DNA from: a candidate division TA06 bacterium | GTDB taxonomy: Bacteria > Hydrothermota > 32-111 > QNBC01 | Direction: 5' to 3' | Assembly (NCBI GenBank): GCA_003641665.1 | Contig: QNBC01000003.1 | Location: 1-35,440 of the forward strand | DNA length: 35,440 bases | Shown: piece after piece, positions 29,393 to 35,440 of the stretch | Position numbering within the stretch: the first letter of the stretch is position 1 | Layout: each line of letters begins with the position of its first letter | Program-made: the position numbers and the translations under genes | The notes under the pieces: model-generated | Databases searched by the model: none | What the model was told of the DNA's origin: nothing | The model's input: the letters and a program-made list of their open reading frames with translations, nothing else

Positions 29393-31793
29393 GCTTCTTA
29401 ACGGATAAAATTGTATATTCATCATCCCTAAGTTTTATTTTCTCTCCGGTTTTTTTACCTTCCAGGGCTTCTCCAATATCAGAATTATAGGAAATAATAT
29501 TCTTTTCAATGTTAGATTCCCACGGTCCCAACACTTTATATACAAATTCTTCACCCTTTTTGTCTTTTAATTTCACTTCGGTTCCGAATGTTACAAAATC
29601 GCCTTTAATGTCATCGAGTTCTTTGACTATAGCATTGTTAATTTCATCTTCCAAAACTTTTATTTTATGTGATAACATTCTTTGTTTTTCCTTTGCCGCT
29701 TTGTATTCGGCATTTTCACTTAAATCCCCCATTGCCACAGCTTCACTGATACGCTTACTATTCTCCGGAATTTCAACACCAAGAATATGCTTACGCAATT
29801 TAACTTTTTCATTATAAGTACTTTTCAATGTAAAAAACGTATCTAATGCTCCTTCTTCCCTTTTCTTTTTATCAATTTTTTTCTCTATCTCTATTTCTTT
29901 TTCCTTTTCAATATCAGGGAATTCTTCGTTTACCATACCTTTCAATGTAACCTGCATTTCAACGGGCAAATTTTCAATTCTATCTATCTGTCTAATAAGC
30001 ATCCTGGCTCTATTTTCATTACCAATACTACTTACGGCTTTCTTAAAGAAAGCAAAATTATTACTTCTTATTAAATCTCTCGTTTTCTGCATCAACTGCT
30101 GATATAATTGTCTTGCCTCTTTATCTTGTTCGTTATTCGCTTCTATGGAAATATATTCATACAGTTCAAACAATTTTTCAAATAGCCTTTCAATACCAAT
30201 CTCTTCATCTCCTCCCCAGGCACCTTTCAACTTATTCTTTACTACAATCAGAAATAAATCGGGATGAAGATAAATATCGTCCAATGTGTCTTTGATTATC
30301 TTTTCTGCCAAATCCTTTTTATCATTTTTGTATAGATATTCTATGTATTGTTCTTGAACAAAAGGTGAAAACTGAGAAACGGATGTTTCCATATAATCGT
30401 CAAATCCTTCCCAAATATTCTCTGCAATTTTAAACGTCTCATAAATATATTTTGCACGTACGATATCATTCATATAGCCGTTAAGACGTTCCTTCGCAGC
30501 TACCTGCTCTCTTAAGAAATTCTCCAGGTCATATTTGTCCGGGAAAATCTTTTTGAGAAAAAAGAACGCTCGCAGATTGGGTATTGTTTTAAAAGAACTC
30601 TCTATCTGTTTCTTTTCTTCCTCATCAAGATCATTCTGTATCTTTTCAAGTTCAAATAGCCTTCTCTTTAAATCAGTTATTTTCAATATTTCATCAACGA
30701 TAGATTTACCCCCCCCTTTATTTATCGCATAATTATAACTCAAATCTTTCGTTATAATCGGGGATTTTTCACATGCTCTTTTAATTCTTTTCCACTCGTT
30801 TAACCAATCTTTTTCATCGATAAAGTAAGGGACAAAAAACGATTTTAATTCCTTTTGAGAGAGCTTTTTGTTCGCCTTTTTCAATATAACATATACTGCT
30901 TTATCAGGAGATTCTTTTATTAAATTCTTAAAATCATCTATTCTGTCGAAACGGTAAACATTATAATCGTTTTTATCAAGATGAACAACTATATTATTAA
31001 GCTTCTGTCTTTTAAATTTCTTTACCGTATTATTCTTAAATCTTATTTTTACATCATCAAAAATATAATCGACCTTTTCGATTTTACCGGTTCCAAAATT
31101 TTGATGATAAACATATTCATCTTCGTCAAATAAAATGAGATCTTCAAATACCTTAACGGCTTTCTTCAAACTATCGCATATCATCAATTTTGATATTTTA
31201 AGTAGTTTATCAAGATTTTTATGTTCTTTATATATGTTTTTATAATAATCAATAAACAACATTTTAATATTTTTATCGTTGGGATCCGTATCGAGTAGCA
31301 ACTTGAGAAATTTATAGTAGATCTCATCTTTCATATCAATATCGTTAATTACAAGATTAATAATGCTGCTCGCGAGTTCTTTATTCCCTTTCTTTGATAT
31401 GATCACTGCAATTTCGTATATCTCATCATTGGACAATTTTTTATTTTCGAGAGCTTCAAGAATATTTTCTTCGAGTTTTCCATAACTCTTTTCATGTGCC
31501 AAAGATTTCAAATATTTAAAATAATATTTCTTATATTTAATTTCATCTTTCCCCTCGTAATAATCCATTAATTTTTTCACTAATGGTGATTGTTTTTCAG
31601 ATTTATTTATAAGATAATTCAGATAAGTAAAATAATCTTCATCAAATTTCCTGGTATTCTCACAGGCATCAATGTAAGCTCTTATAATTGCAGTGGATTT
31701 CTTCCCCTTATCACTTAACTCTTTAAACAGATCGATCAGCTCATCCCATTTCTTTTCTCTCTTTAATTCTTGAATCTCTTCCGATTTACTCAT
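29376..31793 (-). CDS. greA: Long-form transcription elongation factor GreA
   Basis: C-terminal GDLSENAEY-x-AAKE, VTFGT, LGPWE, ISY-x-S-x-IG-x-AL; about 650-aa N-terminal extension. Confidence 0.88.
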   Translation of the reverse strand: MSKSEEIQELKREKKWDELIDLFKELSDKGKKSTAIIRAYIDACENTRKFDEDYFTYLNYLINKSEKQSPLVKKLMDYYEGKDEIKYKKYYFKYLKSLAHEKSYGKLEENILEALENKKLSNDEIYEIAVIISKKGNKELASSIINLVINDIDMKDEIYYKFLKLLLDTDPNDKNIKMLFIDYYKNIYKEHKNLDKLLKISKLMICDSLKKAVKVFEDLILFDEDEYVYHQNFGTGKIEKVDYIFDDVKIRFKNNTVKKFKRQKLNNIVVHLDKNDYNVYRFDRIDDFKNLIKESPDKAVYVILKKANKKLSQKELKSFFVPYFIDEKDWLNEWKRIKRACEKSPIITKDLSYNYAINKGGGKSIVDEILKITDLKRRLFELEKIQNDLDEEEKKQIESSFKTIPNLRAFFFLKKIFPDKYDLENFLREQVAAKERLNGYMNDIVRAKYIYETFKIAENIWEGFDDYMETSVSQFSPFVQEQYIEYLYKNDKKDLAEKIIKDTLDDIYLHPDLFLIVVKNKLKGAWGGDEEIGIERLFEKLFELYEYISIEANNEQDKEARQLYQQLMQKTRDLIRSNNFAFFKKAVSSIGNENRARMLIRQIDRIENLPVEMQVTLKGMVNEEFPDIEKEKEIEIEKKIDKKKREEGALDTFFTLKSTYNEKVKLRKHILGVEIPENSKRISEAVAMGDLSENAEYKAAKEKQRMLSHKIKVLEDEINNAIVKELDDIKGDFVTFGTEVKLKDKKGEEFVYKVLGPWESNIEKNIISYNSDIGEALEGKKTGEKIKLRDDEYTILSVKKLENYQ

Positions 31794-32866
31794 ACATTAA
31801 ACCTAAATTCAATTATATCGCCATCTTCTACGATATAATCCTTTCCTTCTAATTTTAATAGACCTTTTTCCTTCAAAACGCCAAAATCGGGATTATTTTT
31901 AAAATCGTTAAAATGTACGACTTGTGCTTTAATAAACCCTTTTTCGATATCCGAATGAATCTTCCCGGCAGCTTTCTGTGCTGTAGTACCTTTTTTTATA
32001 GGCCAGGCTTTTACTTCATCCTTCCCAACGGTAAAAAACGATATTAAACCAAGACGATTAAAAGTTGCTTTCTTAACTATTTCTATTGCAGATTCTGAAA
32101 CACCGAGTTCTTCCATGTATTCGGCTCTCTCTGCTTCATCCAATTGATTAATTTCCATTTCCAGTTCCCCACACATATCAACAACTCCGAAATTCAGTTT
32201 TTCCCCCAAATCTTCTACCTGTTTTTTTGTCCCTTCATCAATCGTTTCCTCCCCTCTGTTAATGACTATAAGAAGTGGTTTCAAAGACAAAAGATTGTAA
32301 CCTTTCAAGAGGTGTAAATCTTGCTCGGATAGCGATAGTGTCCTTAAAGGAATTTCATTTTCGAGAGATTGCTTTAATCTTTCGAGAAGAGGAAACTCCC
32401 TTTTTTCATCCCCTACAAGGTTCCCTTTCTTCTTTTCCAGTCGTTGTAATCTCTTTTCAATAATCGAGTAATCACTAAACATAATCTCTGAATCAAGAGT
32501 CAATATATCTCTTAAAGGATCCGGTTCAGGAAATCTGTAAATGACATCCTCTCGATTGAAATACCTCACAATCTCAAGAATTACATCAATATTCTTTGCA
32601 AACTCAACAACTTTCGTACCCCAATTTTCTCTTTCCTCTTCCGATATAGCCGGCATATCGGTAATATTCATCGTTGCATATTTTAATTTTTCCGGCTGAA
32701 ATATGGAATTCAAATAATCAATTCTCTGATCTTTTAGTTTTACAACGGCGGTATTGGGTTTGGAATCTTTTAGGGAGTAAGAAGTTACTTCTACGGACAA
32801 TCCTGTAAGTGCATTAAATATAGTGGTTTTACCTGTATTTTCAAGCCCTATTATTCCGATATCCAT
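31790..32866 (-). CDS. ychF: YchF/Obg-family ATPase (divergent)
   Basis: GIIGL-x-N-x-GKTT-x-FNALT, SFFTVG-x-DEVKAW, AAGKIHSD-x-EKGFI, EGKDY-x-V-x-DGD-x-x-x-FRFNV. Confidence 0.92.
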   Translation of the reverse strand: MDIGIIGLENTGKTTIFNALTGLSVEVTSYSLKDSKPNTAVVKLKDQRIDYLNSIFQPEKLKYATMNITDMPAISEEERENWGTKVVEFAKNIDVILEIVRYFNREDVIYRFPEPDPLRDILTLDSEIMFSDYSIIEKRLQRLEKKKGNLVGDEKREFPLLERLKQSLENEIPLRTLSLSEQDLHLLKGYNLLSLKPLLIVINRGEETIDEGTKKQVEDLGEKLNFGVVDMCGELEMEINQLDEAERAEYMEELGVSESAIEIVKKATFNRLGLISFFTVGKDEVKAWPIKKGTTAQKAAGKIHSDIEKGFIKAQVVHFNDFKNNPDFGVLKEKGLLKLEGKDYIVEDGDIIEFRFNV

Positions 32867-33771
32867 TTTCCATTAATCTTTCTAAATCTATATGCATTTA
32901 ACATGCTATCGGAGATAGGAAATTCGTAATCAAAGAGAGTTTTGGCTTCTCCACTATATCCCACTATACTTTTCTTCTCTTTATCGTAATAAATATGAAA
33001 CAGTGCAATGCTTCCCATTTTACCATATGTTCTAAAAATCACCGTATGTGTGTTTTTGTCCTCAATGGGTTTATTGATTCCTCTTCCGTTAAATCCACCG
33101 AGAATAAAATCTATTCCGTTGACATTCTCAGCAATGTACTTATCCCTCTGATCCCCTATATCCGTAACAGCAATTATTATATCAACATTATGAGCTTTCA
33201 ATATTGAAACCATTCTTCTTGCAGATTCCAATTCATTTTCAATGTCGATTTTATCCCAGTATTTACTCTGATTGAATAACTTCAAATACTGCGAAACCAG
33301 GCCAAAAATACCAATTTTAATTCCTTTTCTTTCAATTATCTCATACTGTTTTATTGGAAAATCGGCAAATATGGCATTTGACGAAACATAAGGAAATTCA
33401 CCTACTATTGATTTTAAATCTGTCCCCATAGAGATATCATAGACACCGAAATTGATAAAATCGTAATTTACATCTTTCAAAAATTTTCTAATTTTCTCTG
33501 TCTTTTCCACCGGATAGAAGGGGTTGTCCGTAAATATATTCCCGTTTGAGATAAGAATCAAACTACTGTCTTTCTCTCGCTCCTCATTAACAAACGGAAT
33601 AAACGATGCCGCATTTCCTATGGTAGGAGGAAAGGAAGGATTCATGTAAGTAGCATATTCCGGCTTCAAGTGTCCTTGAATGTCTCCGGTAAATACGATA
33701 CTTATATCGGAAATACTGTCGGCAAAGACGAACAGAGGTAAAAATAAAAATAAAACTAATATTCTCTTCAT
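32851..33771 (-). CDS. Exported 5'-nucleotidase-like metallophosphatase domain, degenerate active site, no C-terminal domain
   Basis: Signal peptide; GIKIGIFGL, VDIIIAV, GIDFILGG follow the UshA N-terminal fold. Confidence 0.78.
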   Translation of the reverse strand: MKRILVLFLFLPLFVFADSISDISIVFTGDIQGHLKPEYATYMNPSFPPTIGNAASFIPFVNEEREKDSSLILISNGNIFTDNPFYPVEKTEKIRKFLKDVNYDFINFGVYDISMGTDLKSIVGEFPYVSSNAIFADFPIKQYEIIERKGIKIGIFGLVSQYLKLFNQSKYWDKIDIENELESARRMVSILKAHNVDIIIAVTDIGDQRDKYIAENVNGIDFILGGFNGRGINKPIEDKNTHTVIFRTYGKMGSIALFHIYYDKEKKSIVGYSGEAKTLFDYEFPISDSMLNAYRFRKINGKWISE

Positions 33772-34325
33772 TTAATCCTCAATTCTTTTGTGGAACGTTT
33801 TAATATGGGAGTAAAGAATTTTTCTTCATAGTATCGAGCGGCTTCAGGTGACGTAATCGCAACACTTGACTCATCATTTTGGGACATTGCGTAGTAACTC
33901 CAGTTTGTGGACCCCAAAACGACAATGGTGGAATCCACGATAAACATCTTCGCATGTGTAGTTGTATCCAAATCATCATACAATGCTTCTACACCATGTG
34001 CAGTAAGATATTCAACGGCATCCATATTTTGTCTCGTACTATTTTTTGCAAAATTTGAAGCATCAACTATTACCCTAACCTTCACTCCTCTGTTATGTGA
34101 ATAAATTAAAGCATCAAGTATCTCGGTTATGGGATCTCCTTCCCTATTAAGGGAGGGATGAATTTCAAGCATTGCTACATCAATGGTTTTACCGGCATTT
34201 TTAATCAAGTTGATTGTATAAGGTAAATAATCTCTGTTATTTAAAACGGTAACGCTTTTGGCGGGAAAACCAAACAACTGAAAAGAAAATAAAATCAGCA
34301 AAGTAAAAAATATAAATCGTTTCAT
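33768..34325 (-). CDS. Exported single-HKD phospholipase D / Nuc-like protein (paralogue 2)
   Basis: Signal peptide; RGVKVRVIVD; HAKMFIVD-x6-GSTNWS; N-x-E. Confidence 0.9.
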   Translation of the reverse strand: MKRFIFFTLLILFSFQLFGFPAKSVTVLNNRDYLPYTINLIKNAGKTIDVAMLEIHPSLNREGDPITEILDALIYSHNRGVKVRVIVDASNFAKNSTRQNMDAVEYLTAHGVEALYDDLDTTTHAKMFIVDSTIVVLGSTNWSYYAMSQNDESSVAITSPEAARYYEEKFFTPILKRSTKELRIK

Positions 34326-34888
34326 AATAGTTCCGGTTCTTTAAGAGATCTCTTTCTAATCTCGGAGAAATATCGTTCAAAATCACTGTAAACCGATTTT
34401 GAAAAAACAGCCACAGAAGCTTCTCGGTTCAATTCAAGGGCATAGTAACTCCAGTTCATTGAACCAACAATGGAAATATAATTATCGATAAGTATTATTT
34501 TATTATGGGATGTAATCATTCCCGGATCGTATAGAATATTTATTTTGTTATTCGATTTTTCCTCTATCCACTTGGCAAATTCAATATTTTTTCTCGTGTT
34601 ACTCATATTCCATGAAGAAACATCTAAAATCATAGTTACTTTTACACCTCTATCCATCGCTTTTAAAAGAGCATCGTAAATCTTATCATTTATGGAATTA
34701 GAATATTTTTTATATATTCTTGCTGTAAAAATAAGAACATTAATACTATCCTTGGCTTCGTTAATTAAATTGATTAACTTGGGAGTGTACTCTCTATTGT
34801 TCATGGGTATTATACTGTCGCACGGTAATGCATTTATAGAGGTTAGAGACACAAACGTAATAACGAAGAACAGAATAACTTTTTTCAT
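34322..34888 (-). CDS. Exported single-HKD phospholipase D / Nuc-like protein (paralogue 1)
   Basis: MKKVILFFV signal peptide from ATG 34888; RGVKVTMILD; HNKIILID-x6-GSMNWS; NRE. Confidence 0.9.
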   Translation of the reverse strand: MKKVILFFVITFVSLTSINALPCDSIIPMNNREYTPKLINLINEAKDSINVLIFTARIYKKYSNSINDKIYDALLKAMDRGVKVTMILDVSSWNMSNTRKNIEFAKWIEEKSNNKINILYDPGMITSHNKIILIDNYISIVGSMNWSYYALELNREASVAVFSKSVYSDFERYFSEIRKRSLKEPELL

Positions 34889-34895
34889 ATCTTCC

Positions 34896-34924
34896 CTTAT
34901 ACAATATTTTTTATCTGTTGTCAA
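34896..34924 (-). promoter_or_regulatory. sigma70-like promoter TTGACA-N17-TATAAG, 7 nt before ATG 34888
   Basis: Perfect -35, 17-nt spacer, 5/6 -10. Confidence 0.5.
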
Positions 34925-35037
34925 TATAAACAATAAATTTCGGGGTAGATAGGCCCGCCTGCACTAAAGTTTCGGCGGGCAGGTACAAAACATATTAATC
35001 GGAAATAATTGAGATACCGAGATACTATAAACCAATC
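34919..35037 (-). repeat. Promoter-abutting dispersed repeat, copy B (best preserved; 30-nt insert at 34954-34983)
   Basis: TGTCAA-N21-TAGATA; stem gcccgcc/ggcgggc; alignable with copies A, D and F. Confidence 0.85.
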
Positions 35038-35241
35038 ATACATTTATGTTTAATATGTCATATTATTGAGTTTGTATTTATTTCCGAGACAATACATCTT
35101 TCGTTACCGGAAATAGGTAAACCTCCCCAACTACAGCTCCACATTCTTCAATAATCTGTAATCCATATTAATGCTATGAAATCAGTTTTTTGCATTTTCA
35201 ATAAACATACATTATTTTCTTTTTCAAATAAAGCTATTCAC

Positions 35242-35440
35242 CTACTTCATTTTAAAGAATTTTTTCGTAAATTCCCTTTCCCCATCAATTACTATCATAT
35301 ATGACCCTTGTGGAACAACTTTCCCCTCGTTATCGCATCCGTTCCATATGTAGAAGTCACCATTCGTCTCAAATCGCTTAACCTCTCTGCCGATTAAAGA
35401 GTAGATTTTTCCTTTTATGATATTCTTGTTTTTCCTATCA
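35242..35440 (-). CDS. 3' end of a gene entering from the right edge; FlgD-Ig / T9SS-like C-terminal domain
   Basis: My translation: DRKNKNIIKGKIYSLIGREVKRFETNGDFYIWNGCDNEGKVVPQGSYMIVIDGEREFTKKFFKMK-stop; absent from the ORF track. Confidence 0.8.
   Translation of the reverse strand, partial: DRKNKNIIKGKIYSLIGREVKRFETNGDFYIWNGCDNEGKVVPQGSYMIVIDGEREFTKKFFKMK

Noticed and set aside
35078-35170. Short open stretch YGLQIIEECGAVVGEVYLFPVTKDVLSRK on the minus strand
   Set aside because: No start codon and no recognisable family; cannot be supported as a gene or pseudogene.

Overview
AT-rich bacterial chromosome segment, densely coding and mostly on the minus strand. Lnt, OmpA, T9SS-type/FlgD C-terminal domains, Etf/acyl-CoA dehydrogenase and a long-form GreA suggest a diderm anaerobe, possibly FCB-related (inference). 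Blocks: (1) holA - coiled-coil/zinc-ribbon - DegT-like - purN - lnt - macro - dCMP deaminase - DjlA/TerB-like - lipoprotein - dut; (2) a secreted lamin-tail protein; (3) etfB-etfA-acyl-CoA dehydrogenase-MATE; (4) HD-GYP/TPR; (5) yebC-ruvCAB-DUF2905-queA-tgt-mazG; (6) OmpA-family, metallophosphoesterase, ROK; (7) two exported single-HKD PLD proteins, a degenerate 5'-nucleotidase-like protein, ychF, 805-aa greA, J-TPR, roadblock, comEC. No rRNA, tRNA, CRISPR array, integrase or transposase was recognised by eye. The most unusual signal is non-coding: a degenerate dispersed repeat in six intergenic regions, each copy abutting a sigma70-like -35 box. In four copies TATCTA lies exactly 21 nt upstream of TTGA(C/A)A, and three copies carry a nested 30-nt palindromic insert. 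purN also appears to start at ACG, and several proteins look like pseudoenzymes. All calls are by eye, with no database search.
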